From the UHGV virus genome UHGV-0225219: a stretch of 41,659 bases of DNA. One strand, given 5' to 3'. Below are positions 25,297-36,353 of this stretch, piece after piece (positions within the stretch are counted from its first letter, which is position 1; each line of letters begins with the position of its first letter). Below the pieces are notes generated by a model. It did no database searches, was not told the DNA's origin, and saw only the letters and a list, made by a program, of their open reading frames with translations. A program made the translations under genes and the position numbers. The stretch is from a virus.

Positions 25297-25923
25297 ATGA
25301 GAGACATGTTACCAATGAACTTACAGTTATTTGCAGAGCCCGCAGGCGGGGCAGGCGGCGAGGGAGTGGGAGGGGCACAGACCCAGCAGCAGGGAGCCCA
25401 GGCCAGCCAGCAGGCGGCATCCCCAATAATTGATTATGCCAAAATCCAGCAGATGCTGGAGGGAACCCTCGCAGCTAAGGAGGACACGGCCCTGAAAGCC
25501 TACTTCAAGCAGCAGGGACTCAGCCAGGAAGAAGTAGAGCAGGCGATTGCTGCATTCAAGCAGCAGAAGGCGGCATCGCAACCAGATGTGGCTGCGTTAC
25601 AGCAGCAGGCCACCCAAGCCCAGGCCCTCGCCCAACAGGCACAGATGCAGGCCGCGGCAACCATGGCCGCAGTATCCCTGGGAATTGACGCCAAGACAAT
25701 CCCTTATGTCCTCAAGATGGCTGATTTAGGTCAGGTCATGGGACAGGATGGGAAAATCAATGATGAGGCACTTAAGGCAGCCCTGAACAAGGTGCTGGAG
25801 GACGTGCCGGCACTGAAACCCCAGACACCAGGATCCAGCGGATTCATCCAGGTGGGCGCAGCCAGCGGGCAGCAACAGACCCAGACAACGGATGACGCCC
25901 TTAAAAAGGCGTTCGGACTTTAA
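25297..25923 (+). CDS. Scaffolding protein
   Basis: Q/A-rich alpha-helical protein. The N-terminal MNLQLFAEP motif (from 25315) is common in Firmicutes phage scaffold proteins. Positioned just before the capsid gene. Confidence 0.7.
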   Translation: MRDMLPMNLQLFAEPAGGAGGEGVGGAQTQQQGAQASQQAASPIIDYAKIQQMLEGTLAAKEDTALKAYFKQQGLSQEEVEQAIAAFKQQKAASQPDVAALQQQATQAQALAQQAQMQAAATMAAVSLGIDAKTIPYVLKMADLGQVMGQDGKINDEALKAALNKVLEDVPALKPQTPGSSGFIQVGAASGQQQTQTTDDALKKAFGL

Positions 25924-25942
25924 TGAAAGAGAGGATTAAGAA

Positions 25943-26836
25943 ATGGCAGTATATGATTATGCAACAACCTTTACACAGCTGCTCCAGCAGAAATATGCAA
26001 AGGAGTTGTGCTCTGATGCACTGACACAGAGCAATCAGCAGGTGAAATTCATTAACGCCCAGACCATCAAGCTTCCGAGGATGGCAGTGACCGGATACAA
26101 AGACCATACCCGGACACCAGGCTTTAACTCAGGAACGCTCAGTAATGACTGGGAGGCAAAGAAACTGGAACACGACAGGGATGTTGAGTTCTGGATTGAC
26201 CCCATGGACATTGACGAAACAAACCTGACCTTATCCGTAGCAAACATACAGAACACCTTTGAGACCGAACAGGCTATCCCGGAAAAAGATTCCTATCGTT
26301 ATTCCAAACTTCATGCAGAACTGACCGCTTATTCTGGCCGTATCAGTACTGATGTCATCACGGCAGCCAACTTCCTGGAAGCTTTTGATGAGGAGATGGC
26401 GAGAATGGATGAGGCTGGTGTCCCGGAAGAAGGGAGAATGCTGTATGTCACCCCAACCATGAATAAGATTGTGAAGGAGGCGGAAGGACTTCAGAGGGTC
26501 ATGACCGTAACGTCCCCGTCCACAATCAATCGTAAGGTACATAGCCTGGATGATGTGACCATTAAGATGGTGCCTGCGGCCAGGATGAAGACTAAGTATG
26601 ACTTCACTACAGGATGTGTGGCTGCTTCTGATGCGAAGCAGATTAACTGGATTCTGATTCATACCTCTTGCGTGGTATGCCGGGATAAATACAGCTATAT
26701 CAAGCTGTTTACCCCAGGAACAGATTCAAGGACGGCAGATGGGTATTTGTATCAGAACCGTTGCTACGGAGACCTGTTCCTTCTTGAAAAGAAGGTTGAT
26801 GGGTGTGCCATGAATGTGGAAGCGGCCGGAGCGTAA
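25943..26836 (+). CDS. Major capsid protein
   Basis: 297 aa. GAGAGGATTAAG RBS. Positioned after the scaffold gene, in SPP1 gp13-like order. Confidence 0.75.
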   Translation: MAVYDYATTFTQLLQQKYAKELCSDALTQSNQQVKFINAQTIKLPRMAVTGYKDHTRTPGFNSGTLSNDWEAKKLEHDRDVEFWIDPMDIDETNLTLSVANIQNTFETEQAIPEKDSYRYSKLHAELTAYSGRISTDVITAANFLEAFDEEMARMDEAGVPEEGRMLYVTPTMNKIVKEAEGLQRVMTVTSPSTINRKVHSLDDVTIKMVPAARMKTKYDFTTGCVAASDAKQINWILIHTSCVVCRDKYSYIKLFTPGTDSRTADGYLYQNRCYGDLFLLEKKVDGCAMNVEAAGA

Positions 26837-26845
26837 GGAGGTAGT

Positions 26846-27139
26846 ATGAGAGCAGTTAAGGGAAATAAAGAGTACACCATTGATGAAAGCCAGCAGAAGT
26901 CCTATCAGGACGCTGGCTTTGATATTGTGGGCGATGATGGCCAGGTGACCGCATATGGACGCGGAAAGACAATACCTTATGATGAACACATGAAGGCAGT
27001 GAAAGAGATTGAGCGCCTTCAGGACCTGGCGGCTGAAAGGGATGCCGAAAATGTAGCGTTGAGGGAGGAACTTGCTTCACTCCGGGCCGCAAAGCAGGAA
27101 CCGGCAAAGAAAGCGGAGAGTAAAAAGGCAGGTGAGTAA
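26846..27139 (+). CDS. Hypothetical head-associated protein
   Basis: 97-aa ORF with an AAGGAGG RBS. Confidence 0.45.
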   Translation: MRAVKGNKEYTIDESQQKSYQDAGFDIVGDDGQVTAYGRGKTIPYDEHMKAVKEIERLQDLAAERDAENVALREELASLRAAKQEPAKKAESKKAGE

Positions 27140-27140
27140 T

Positions 27141-27527
27141 ATGCCCTATGAACCCTATGTCACATATGAATATTACTGTGATGTATACAAGGGGACCGTA
27201 ATCCCCATGGATGAGCTGGACAGGGCCCTTAAGCAGGCCAGCCGCCACGTTGATTCCCTGACCTACAACCGGATTGTAGGCCGGGGATTTTCTAATCTGA
27301 CGGCCTTCCAGCAGGAAACCATACAGGAAGTGGTCTGCCAGCAGGCGGACTTTGAGTATGAGAACGCGGACGAGATTAATACCATCCTGCATGGCTACAG
27401 CATCAACGGTGTATCCGCACAGTTCGGTAGCAGCTGGAACGTATTTACAGACAAGGGTGTAGCCATGAAGCGCGATGTGTACGCTCTGCTGTCCCAGACG
27501 GGTCTGTGCTGCCGGTTAGCGAGGTGA
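27141..27527 (+). CDS. Head-tail connector/adaptor (gp15-like)
   Basis: ATG 27141. N-terminal …YVTYEYYCDVYKG… motif. Positioned after the capsid gene. Confidence 0.55.
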   Translation: MPYEPYVTYEYYCDVYKGTVIPMDELDRALKQASRHVDSLTYNRIVGRGFSNLTAFQQETIQEVVCQQADFEYENADEINTILHGYSINGVSAQFGSSWNVFTDKGVAMKRDVYALLSQTGLCCRLAR

Positions 27528-27531
27528 GGCT

Positions 27532-27870
27532 ATGAAATACCCATGTTTAGTGCCAAAACGGCTATGCAGGACGGATATACACGTCCATCTGGAATCAGAG
27601 GATACAGACAACCGCGGCCATCCAGAGAAGGTAGTGGACTTGGACCTAAAATGTAACTTCCAGGACCGGGCCAAGACCATTCTGACCACAGAAAAGAAGC
27701 TGGTGCAGATAACCGGCACAGCCATGTTCCCTGGGGACATTGCCCCGGACTTTCCGACTCTCAGCGGCGGTACCGTTATCATATTCGGGGAAGAGCGGAG
27801 GATTGAGCAGGGGATGAAAGCCAGGAACCCGGATGGGACAGTGAACTATTGCCAACTGGAGGTGGTCTGA
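27532..27870 (+). CDS. Head closure / head-tail joining protein (gp16-like)
   Basis: 112 aa in the conserved gene order. Confidence 0.5.
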   Translation: MKYPCLVPKRLCRTDIHVHLESEDTDNRGHPEKVVDLDLKCNFQDRAKTILTTEKKLVQITGTAMFPGDIAPDFPTLSGGTVIIFGEERRIEQGMKARNPDGTVNYCQLEVV

Positions 27871-28253
27871 TGAAGGTTACATCAACTGTGAAAATGAACT
27901 TCCCGCGGATTAAACAACTTACACAGGCGGCGGTGATAGCTTTGGAGCAGACAGCTGAGAATTTACATACAGAGATAGTACAATCTCAAGTAGTACCGCG
28001 GGATACAGGGGCGCTACAAGGAGAAAAAGGATTTTTTGTAGATTATTCTGAAACTCAGAATGGAAAAGTATCTCTTGTACATGAAGGGCCATATGCCCGC
28101 CGACTTTATTATCATCCAGAGTACAATTTCCGAATGGACGAAAACCCAAACGCCAAGGGACACTGGTTTGAGGACTGGGAGGCCGGAGGCCGTAAAGCTG
28201 AATTCGCTCCAAAAGTGTTTAAACAAATTTATAAGAAAGTAGGTGGTGTATGA
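27869..28253 (+). CDS. HK97 gp10-like tail-component protein
   Basis: ATG 27869. About 128 aa. Confidence 0.5.
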
Positions 28254-28657
28254 TGCTGACACTGGACGACATCCGGGGATATATAGGAAGCCTTGGGATT
28301 GTAGATGATAGGAATGCCTATATCGGGAAGCTGAACAGCAAGAAGGACCATTCCATTGGTGTATATCACCGGCAGGGCAGCGGTCCTCCTGTGATGGCCC
28401 TGGGCGGCCATGACTACAGCAGCTACGATGTCCGGCGCATATCACTGCTGGTCCATTGGGACAAGGATGTGCAGGCATCAGAGCGGGCTGCCTATGCACT
28501 ATATGAGAAACTTAAAAACGTATCCAGCTTATCCATAGGGGATACACCCATCAATTGCATCATCCTCCAGGTCCCGGAACCGGTGGACGTGGGGACGGAT
28601 GATAAGGGTGTCTACGAATATGTGATATGGCTGGAATTTGTATATCAGAGAAAGTGA
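28250..28657 (+). CDS. Tail completion protein (gp17-like)
   Basis: 135 aa in the conserved gene order. Confidence 0.5.
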   Translation: MMLTLDDIRGYIGSLGIVDDRNAYIGKLNSKKDHSIGVYHRQGSGPPVMALGGHDYSSYDVRRISLLVHWDKDVQASERAAYALYEKLKNVSSLSIGDTPINCIILQVPEPVDVGTDDKGVYEYVIWLEFVYQRK

Positions 28658-28667
28658 GGTATAAGAG

Positions 28668-29132
28668 ATGGCAGATGCAGCAAAGGGAAAAGTGTATCCC
28701 GTGCATAACAATGCGTTTAAGTTTGGCACTGCGGGCCTTGAGAGTACAACTGAACAGATGGTGATGCCAGCCGATCTGGAGAACTTTGCACCATCCATAG
28801 ACGGTACCGTTGAGGAGTGGTATTCCATGGATGCTGCCGGATGGGCCAAGGCTGCCATGACCGGTAAGAAACTTGGGTTCAGCTTCAAGGGAAAACGGTC
28901 GGTTGGGGACCCGGGGAATGATTATATTGCCGGCCTGGCGTGGAAGTTTGGACAGGACGTGATGACCAAGTTTGAGTGGACCATGGTCAGCGGAGCAAAG
29001 CTGGCCTGTGACGTAGTCGTTAATGTGACGACGCCCGGAGGTGGTGACACGACAAATATTGACGGTCTGGAGTTTGAGGTGACGGGTTATGGTAAGCCAA
29101 CTTTCACTCCAGCGCAATCATCAACAGTATAA
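28668..29132 (+). CDS. Major tail protein
   Basis: 154 aa. It precedes the G/GT chaperone pair and the tape measure. Confidence 0.65.
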   Translation: MADAAKGKVYPVHNNAFKFGTAGLESTTEQMVMPADLENFAPSIDGTVEEWYSMDAAGWAKAAMTGKKLGFSFKGKRSVGDPGNDYIAGLAWKFGQDVMTKFEWTMVSGAKLACDVVVNVTTPGGGDTTNIDGLEFEVTGYGKPTFTPAQSSTV

Positions 29133-29146
29133 GGAGGGTTGGACAA

Positions 29147-29448
29147 TGGCGAGAAAAGTAGATATCACGGATAAGCTGAGTTTTGAAGGGAATCCATCCC
29201 TGGTCATCAAGGGAAAGGCCATAGAAGTGAATGCGGATGCTCCGACCATGCTTAAGGTCATGGGGCTGATGTCGGCGAATGACCCTGGTGCACAGGAAAT
29301 CCTGGAGGCCTACGACATGATGTTCCCAGAAAAATCCAAGAAAGAGATAGAGAGGATGAAACTGGGATTCAATGACCTGATTATTGTAGTCCAGGAAGCC
29401 GTCCAGCTCATTTCCGGTACGGAGGAACCTGCCGGGGGAGAGCAGTGA
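29147..29448 (+). CDS. Tail assembly chaperone (G)
   Basis: 100 aa. Acidic C-terminus. Confidence 0.6.
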
Positions 29449-29776
29449 CCCGTACTACGATATGTTTGAGGACTGGGACCTGATAGTCTCCAGCTTTTTG
29501 TCGCAGTACGGGTTAAGAATCAGGACGAAAGAATTTGAAACAGTCTCCTGGGACGAGTTCAGGGCATTGATTGCCGGCCTGTCCCCGGAGACTGCCTTGG
29601 GACGGGTGGTGGCTATCCGGTCAGAGACGGATAAGGACATTATCAAGCATTATACAAAGGACCAGCGCCGGATATATGATGACTGGCGTAACCGGGAAAT
29701 GAAAGAAATGGATGAGAAAACCTTCGAGAAGGAAATGGCCAACCTGGAGAAGATGTTCGCGGCCATGTGTGGATAG
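29400..29776 (+). CDS. Tail assembly chaperone extension (GT, via probable -1 programmed frameshift near 29430-29445)
   Basis: The overlapping frame is open upstream of the G stop. The G-run GCCGGGGGAG offers a candidate slippery site. Confidence 0.5.
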
Positions 29777-29787
29777 GAGGTGGTACC

Positions 29788-32700
29788 GTGGCTGACAGCG
29801 TAGGCCAGATTGGCCTTGACCTTGTGGTCAACCAGAATCAATTCAAGCAGCAGATGGCGGGCATCCAGGGGCTGGCCAAAAAGGCAGGTGCCGCCCTGGC
29901 GGCGGCATTTGCGGTAAAAAAAATCATAGACTTCGGTGCAAAATGCATTGAATTGGGTTCCGACCTTTCGGAAGTCCAGAATGTGGTGGATGTCACATTC
30001 CCACGGATGTCCAAACAGGTGGATGACTTCGCTAAGAATGCCATAACCTCTTTCGGTTTGTCAGAGACCATGGCCAAGAAGTTTACCGGAACGTTCGGGG
30101 CAATGGCCAAGGCTTTTGGCTTTGGTGAACAGGCAGCCTATGAGATGTCCACGGCCTTGACTGGCCTGGCCGGTGATGTGGCATCCTTCTACAACATTAG
30201 CCAGGACGAGGCCTATACCAAGCTGAAATCAGTCTTTACTGGTGAGACGGAATCCCTGAAGGACTTGGGTATTGTTATGACCCAGAGTGCCCTGGACAGC
30301 TATGCTCTCGCCAATGGCTTTGGAAAAACCACGGCTAAAATGTCAGAGATGGAAAAGGTGGCCCTGCGGTACAAGTTTGTGCAGGACCAGCTGTCCCTTG
30401 CATCCGGGGACTTCATACGGACGGCTGACGGCTGGGCAAACCAGGTTAGGGTCCTGAAGTTACAGTTTGACAGTCTTAAAGCCACAATCGGTCAGGGTCT
30501 TATAAATGTGCTGACACCGGTCATACAGGTAATCAATCGTATCATCAGCAAGCTGATGAGCCTGGCCAATGCATTCAAGGCATTCACGGAGATGGTGACC
30601 GGTAAGAAGGGCGGGGGAGGAGCATCTACCGCCGCCGCAGGAATGGAGGCAGTGGCACAGGCCGCTGACAAGGCCGGAGCAGCTGCCGGAGGGGCAGGAG
30701 GTGCCGCTAAAAAGGCCGCCAAGGACATGAAAAGTGTCAGCACAGGCATTGATGAACTCAATATCATCAACCCGGAGACAGACTCCGGTAGCGGTGGTTC
30801 CGGAGGCGGTGCGGATGGTGGGTACTCTGCGGATGAGTTCGACATGGGCGAACTTGATACATCGGCCGCGGATGAGATGGACAGCAAGTATGCAGGGCTA
30901 ATTGAAAAGGCAAAGGAACTTGCTGGGTTGTTCAAAGAAGGCTTCTGGGATGGTTTTGGAGATACATCCGTATTTGACAGCATTCAAGCCTCCATAGACA
31001 GCATCAAGGGAAGCCTGGGGGATATATTCACATCGCCGGAGGTGTTGGCTTCGGCTAATTCATTTGCTGACCAGATGGCCTATAGCCTGGGGCAGGTTGC
31101 AGGTTCCATGGCGAGCGTAGGGGCGTCCATAGCGGATAACCTGCTGGGCGGTATCAGCCTGTTCCTGCAGCAAAATAAAGACCGAATCAAGGAATATCTC
31201 GTGTCCATGTTCGACATAGGCTCACGGATGGCAGAAATAAGCGGGAATTTTTCCAAAGCACTTGCAACGGTATTTTCATCCCTCAGGAGTAACAGCGCGA
31301 AGCAGATTACAGCAGATATTATCGGAATATTTTCCGAGGCCTTCATGGGGGCCACGGAATTGGCTGGGACATTTGCGGCAGATGTGCTGGACACCATTAC
31401 AGCCCCATTCGTAGAAAATGCGGATTATATCAGGACAACCCTGGAGGATACATTCAGCGCGGTTGAACCTATCTTTTCTACAATCAAAGATTTGGTTGCG
31501 GAGACTTTTGAAAAGATTGGCACAACATATGATGAACATGTGGCGCCAATGCTGGCAACCTTCAAACAAGGGTTCACGGAAATCGGAACACTGTTGCTTG
31601 ATGTCTATAACACATATTTCCTTCCAGTATTGCAGAACCTATCCACACGATTTGTGGAATTCAAAGACCAGTACCTCAGTCCATTAATTGATAAATTTAT
31701 GGAATTTGGCGGAAAAGTGGCTGATGCAGTCACCAAATTGTGGACGGGGGCCATACAGCCATTCATCGAATGGTTTATTACAAATGTAGCGCCAGTTATA
31801 GCTTCATGTTTGCAGAGCGCCATTGACACATTCTTCGGATTCTGGGAATCCGTTTCCGGCATCATAGAGGGATTGCTCACGGCGCTAGGTGGTGTGATTG
31901 ACTTCATTGTCGGCGTATTCACTGGTGACTGGAGTCTTGCTTGGGAAGGAATCAAGGAGATATTCTCCGGTATCTGGGAGGCATTGAAGGAGCTTGTATC
32001 TGGTGCCGTAACATTCATCCAAAACGTTGTTAACATGGCTTGGACTGCCATATCCGGGGCAACCAGTACCATCTGGAACGGAATTAAGGCACTCTTGAAT
32101 ACTCTTTGGAATTGGCTTAAGTCTCTGGCCAATACATTGTTCAATGCTATCAAGACATCCATCAGCACAGCCTGGGAGAATGTCAAGAGTAAGACATCAG
32201 AAATATGGGAATCCATTAAGGAATTTGTTTCAGGCCTGTGGGATACAATCAAGACGGCAGTGGATGAGAAGTTCACGGCTATGAAAGACGCGATTACCGG
32301 CGCATGGGACACGGTGAAGGAAAAGACAAAAGAAACCTGGGACGGTATCTGGGCAGATATAAAGGGCATTATCAACATGATTATTGATGGTGTGGAGAAC
32401 ATGGCCAACAGGGTTATTGATGCGATTAATGCCATGATAGACGCCGTAAATGAGGTGGCGGATAAGATACCGGGCATCGGCGCCGATTTTATCCCGAATA
32501 TACCGAACATCCATCTTCCACGGTTGGCCCAAGGCGGTTTCGTCCGGGCCAACACCCCGCAGCTGGCCATGATTGGTGATAACCGGCACTATGGTGAGAT
32601 TGTGGCGCCTGAAGATAAGATGCAGGAAATGGTGGACCGGGCAGTGGCTTTAGCGTCCCAAACAAGCAGTAATGGCATGAGCGACTACTATTTGGAAATC

Positions 32701-32835
32701 ATGGTGCAACTGCTCAGGAACATCATAGACCTGATTGAACGGATGGACTTGACGGTCAATATCGACATCCGGGAAATAAAGAAGAAATTGGTGGAGCTGG
32801 ATAAGCGCAGCGGGTATACCCTGCGGCCAACGTAA
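29788..32835 (+). CDS. Tape measure protein
   Basis: About 1015 aa with a long helical, repetitive, Gly/Ala-rich central region. AGGAGGTGG RBS then GTG start. Confidence 0.85.
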   Translation: MADSVGQIGLDLVVNQNQFKQQMAGIQGLAKKAGAALAAAFAVKKIIDFGAKCIELGSDLSEVQNVVDVTFPRMSKQVDDFAKNAITSFGLSETMAKKFTGTFGAMAKAFGFGEQAAYEMSTALTGLAGDVASFYNISQDEAYTKLKSVFTGETESLKDLGIVMTQSALDSYALANGFGKTTAKMSEMEKVALRYKFVQDQLSLASGDFIRTADGWANQVRVLKLQFDSLKATIGQGLINVLTPVIQVINRIISKLMSLANAFKAFTEMVTGKKGGGGASTAAAGMEAVAQAADKAGAAAGGAGGAAKKAAKDMKSVSTGIDELNIINPETDSGSGGSGGGADGGYSADEFDMGELDTSAADEMDSKYAGLIEKAKELAGLFKEGFWDGFGDTSVFDSIQASIDSIKGSLGDIFTSPEVLASANSFADQMAYSLGQVAGSMASVGASIADNLLGGISLFLQQNKDRIKEYLVSMFDIGSRMAEISGNFSKALATVFSSLRSNSAKQITADIIGIFSEAFMGATELAGTFAADVLDTITAPFVENADYIRTTLEDTFSAVEPIFSTIKDLVAETFEKIGTTYDEHVAPMLATFKQGFTEIGTLLLDVYNTYFLPVLQNLSTRFVEFKDQYLSPLIDKFMEFGGKVADAVTKLWTGAIQPFIEWFITNVAPVIASCLQSAIDTFFGFWESVSGIIEGLLTALGGVIDFIVGVFTGDWSLAWEGIKEIFSGIWEALKELVSGAVTFIQNVVNMAWTAISGATSTIWNGIKALLNTLWNWLKSLANTLFNAIKTSISTAWENVKSKTSEIWESIKEFVSGLWDTIKTAVDEKFTAMKDAITGAWDTVKEKTKETWDGIWADIKGIINMIIDGVENMANRVIDAINAMIDAVNEVADKIPGIGADFIPNIPNIHLPRLAQGGFVRANTPQLAMIGDNRHYGEIVAPEDKMQEMVDRAVALASQTSSNGMSDYYLEIMVQLLRNIIDLIERMDLTVNIDIREIKKKLVELDKRSGYTLRPT

Positions 32836-32849
32836 GGAGGTGGAGTGGA

Positions 32850-33224
32850 TTGCCAATCTATATCAACGGACATGAATACCCAAACTATGACCGGGGGCCG
32901 GGCCTTACCATTGCTACGAACGTGAACCAGGGCAAGAATGCCCTGGGGGAATTCGTAGGGCAGCGCGTGGGCCGTGACCAGGATAAGATTGACGGCCTGC
33001 AGTGGTCCTATCTGGATGCGGCGACCTGGAGTAGCATCCTTAAAGAGTTTGAGGAGTTTGTGGTGACGGTCAAGTTTCCCGACATGAAAAACAACTGCTG
33101 GAAGACGGAGCGGATGTATCCGGGGAACCGGACGGCCAAGATAGACGAGATAGGTCCGGATGGGCTGCCCACCATGTATAAAGACTGTAAGGTGAACCTG
33201 ATAGACTGCGGGGTGATGGAGTAG
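32850..33224 (+). CDS. Tail protein (distal-tail-like, small)
   Basis: AAGGAGGTGGAG RBS then TTG. 124 aa. Confidence 0.4.
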   Translation: MPIYINGHEYPNYDRGPGLTIATNVNQGKNALGEFVGQRVGRDQDKIDGLQWSYLDAATWSSILKEFEEFVVTVKFPDMKNNCWKTERMYPGNRTAKIDEIGPDGLPTMYKDCKVNLIDCGVME

Positions 33225-35989
33225 TGCAGGCGGCAAGTAATGAATATAAGGACATGATGCGCAGGAAGTGGAGGAACCCACTGTCTCATCTGCGTGTCAC
33301 CATCGGCCTGATTAACCAACAGGCCCAGGCATCCGCCTACATACCTGAGCCGGATATGTATACTTATTATTCCGACCTAGTGAAGCCCATGGATAACTAC
33401 AAGGTACAGGAGCTGTATGCAACCTGTGACCAGGATTATACCACGGTGGATGGCAGTATGTACTTCCTTCCCAGGGATGCAGCAGACGTGGTGCTCAACC
33501 AGGGAATCGTGACGGATGGCCTTCAGGGGGCAATTGAAATCCAGTTTCCCGTTCAATACGACATTAAAGGGCTGACCGTGGAATTTGGCAAGGCGTATCC
33601 GGTGGATTTCAGTATCATATCAGATGGCAATACCGTAGAAATAACCGGGAATGCCAGCGGGCATTATGTAACGGAGGAGATATTTCCGGCTGCAACCTTC
33701 CTCCGTTTTGTGCCGTCTGTCATGGCCAATGGACAGAGCAGACTGCGCATTAACCAAATAACGATGGGCATAGGCATCTATTTTGACAGCAAAAAAATAC
33801 TGTCCGCAACCAAAAAAGAACATATCAGTCCTATATCGGAGGAGTTGACAACCATAGATTTTTCCGTAACGGTGGATAATAAGGACCGGGCCTATGATGT
33901 GGAGAATGAAGAAAGTACAGTGAACTTCTTGGAAATTGGTCAGAGTATCAAGGCGCTTTACGGCCAGGCCATGGATGATGGAACGATTGAGTGGATACCG
34001 GGAACGTCACTTGCACTGAAATCATGGTCAGCTGATGATACGGAGATGGACTTCCAGGCATCAGACTGTTTTGAGGGGATGGACGGCACATATTACCGTG
34101 GCCGGTATCATCCGGACGGTATGAGCCTGTATGACATGGCTGTGGATGTCCTTGCGGATGCCCAGGTGGATTACCGGGACTACTGGATAGATCCATATCT
34201 TAAGGACGTTCTGGTGGTTAATCCGATGCCGGTGGTAGCGCATAAGGAAGCCCTGCAGCTGATTGCTAATGCCGGCAGATGTATCCTGTACCAGGACCGG
34301 ACCGGCAGGATAATCCTTAAGTCCAGTTTTGTACCGGATATGGAGGCGGCGTCTGATAACGAGACATACTTTTCCCATGCGTCAGCCATACTTGACCACG
34401 CGGAAAAGGAAGCGTATGCCCTGCCTGGTCAGGATTACACAGGCACATCCGGCGCACAGTATTTCCTTCCCAGGCAGACGACCAATGGAGCCACATATCT
34501 CAATACGGGCTATGTGTCTGAGGCCGTCGCCGAGGAAGATGGGCTGTTTACGGACAATCCCACAGTGGAAATAACTACGGAGGCGGCATACAAGTGTTTT
34601 GGACTAACCCTGGAATTTGGTCGCAACTGGCCGGATACAGTTATCTTCCATGCCTACTACAATAACGCGGCTATGGAAGATTATACAGTCCCTGGATTGA
34701 CACAGACTTACGTGGTCAGCCATGAGTTCCCAGAGTTTGACCGGTTGGTGCTGGAATTTTCCAAGGGATGTCCCAATAACCGTGTAGTGCTGGACAATAT
34801 AATCTTCGGCGACAGCACTGATTATGTCCTGGAATATGGTGTAGAGTTGACCAAGACCCCAAAGGGCACGCAACTGACCAAGGTTAGGGAACTGCAGGTC
34901 GTACGCACCATATACAATCTCAGTACAGAGGATGCAAAGGAGCTGGCAAGGGAGACCATAAGTGTAACCGCTTTAGACAACCGATATACGTTTTATTTTT
35001 CTAATCCATCCTATGATTTAAAGACATACGTCCCGGTTTATGTGGAGGCAACCAATATGGTTCAGAACGGGTCTTTTGATACCGGCGTGACCGGATGGAT
35101 CAACGCACAGTATGACGCAGCCAGAAAATGCACATACGTTGTCTCGGAAGATGGAAACGCAGTCCACATAGTACAAACTGTACAGATGATATCCGGACAT
35201 AAATATTACTTGCGGGGGAATTTCATGCGGGAGGAATCGCCCGGTGAGTATTCGGGAAATGATGAATGCGATTTGGTCAGGGCGATTGCCAATAGAGAAT
35301 CATTTAATATTAATCTACGTCCAGAGACTATTACGCCAGATGGAGTGTGGCATACCAAATCAGCCATTGACACGGTTGAGGCAACAGGAGAGTGGGACCT
35401 AAGGATTTATACCTATGGAAACAAAAGGCTTTATATAGATTCAATTCTTTTGGTAGATTTGACAGCAGCTTGGGGAATCGGGAATGAACCGGATATAGAG
35501 TGGTGTGATAAGTTCATCGGCTATTTCACTGGTATTGCAAGTATCCCGAAATATGGGTGTGAGATTGTGGATAGTAGTGCCTATTACGCAACGGTGGAGC
35601 TTACAGGAATCACAGGGCCGACAGAGGTGGTCGTTACAGGCAGGGAATATGTTACTACCCAGCCCAAGGTAAGCAGACAGCTAAATCCTACCGGCAGCCT
35701 GGAGGCGTGGAATAATCCGCTTGTGTCCGACACGGTCCATGCCGCGAACCTGGCGGATTGGATTGGGGACTACATGAAATCAGACCGGGAATATGACCTG
35801 TCATACCGGGGAGAGCCACGGATTGATGCCAACGACATAGCATTCCTGGAAAATAAGTATGTGCCTGACCTACTGATACGGGTAACGGACCATACCCTGA
35901 AATTTAATGGTGGGCTTAGCGGTACCATCAAGGCAAGGAGGGACATGAGTTATGTGGCAACAGCCAAAAACAGACTGGCAGGCCAGTGA
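33224..35989 (+). CDS. Tail/baseplate protein with C-terminal carbohydrate-binding (CBM4_9-like) domain (receptor-binding candidate)
   Basis: 921 aa. The C-terminal …NGSFDTGVTGWINAQ… has a CBM-like start. Confidence 0.6.
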   Translation: MQAASNEYKDMMRRKWRNPLSHLRVTIGLINQQAQASAYIPEPDMYTYYSDLVKPMDNYKVQELYATCDQDYTTVDGSMYFLPRDAADVVLNQGIVTDGLQGAIEIQFPVQYDIKGLTVEFGKAYPVDFSIISDGNTVEITGNASGHYVTEEIFPAATFLRFVPSVMANGQSRLRINQITMGIGIYFDSKKILSATKKEHISPISEELTTIDFSVTVDNKDRAYDVENEESTVNFLEIGQSIKALYGQAMDDGTIEWIPGTSLALKSWSADDTEMDFQASDCFEGMDGTYYRGRYHPDGMSLYDMAVDVLADAQVDYRDYWIDPYLKDVLVVNPMPVVAHKEALQLIANAGRCILYQDRTGRIILKSSFVPDMEAASDNETYFSHASAILDHAEKEAYALPGQDYTGTSGAQYFLPRQTTNGATYLNTGYVSEAVAEEDGLFTDNPTVEITTEAAYKCFGLTLEFGRNWPDTVIFHAYYNNAAMEDYTVPGLTQTYVVSHEFPEFDRLVLEFSKGCPNNRVVLDNIIFGDSTDYVLEYGVELTKTPKGTQLTKVRELQVVRTIYNLSTEDAKELARETISVTALDNRYTFYFSNPSYDLKTYVPVYVEATNMVQNGSFDTGVTGWINAQYDAARKCTYVVSEDGNAVHIVQTVQMISGHKYYLRGNFMREESPGEYSGNDECDLVRAIANRESFNINLRPETITPDGVWHTKSAIDTVEATGEWDLRIYTYGNKRLYIDSILLVDLTAAWGIGNEPDIEWCDKFIGYFTGIASIPKYGCEIVDSSAYYATVELTGITGPTEVVVTGREYVTTQPKVSRQLNPTGSLEAWNNPLVSDTVHAANLADWIGDYMKSDREYDLSYRGEPRIDANDIAFLENKYVPDLLIRVTDHTLKFNGGLSGTIKARRDMSYVATAKNRLAGQ

Positions 35990-36353
35990 TTATTTTAATA
36001 TCGGTGACTACAACCGCATCAAGGGCAACATCAATGAGATACGGACCCAGGCGCTTACTCTGTGGCCGGACTTTAAGTTTGAGGAGATGGGAGAGGATAA
36101 GACCTATCAGGATTATGGGTTTTATGCCGATGAAATTAACCGCTTTGAGGCCAATATAGACCACGTCTGCGTAGGGACATTCCCCTTCAATGTAGGAGAG
36201 AGGCAGTTTTATCATGACAACGGCCCATTCATTGACTGGCAAGAGCTGAACCGTATTGAATCCGCCTGCCTGAAGATATACAGGAACATATTAGGAAGGG
36301 CCGAAGGAATCAGACGCCTGGCTTTCACACTTAATGGAGGTGCATTTGAGTAA
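35952..36353 (+). CDS. Tail-associated protein
   Basis: 133-aa ORF. Confidence 0.4.
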   Translation: MWQQPKTDWQASDYFNIGDYNRIKGNINEIRTQALTLWPDFKFEEMGEDKTYQDYGFYADEINRFEANIDHVCVGTFPFNVGERQFYHDNGPFIDWQELNRIESACLKIYRNILGRAEGIRRLAFTLNGGAFE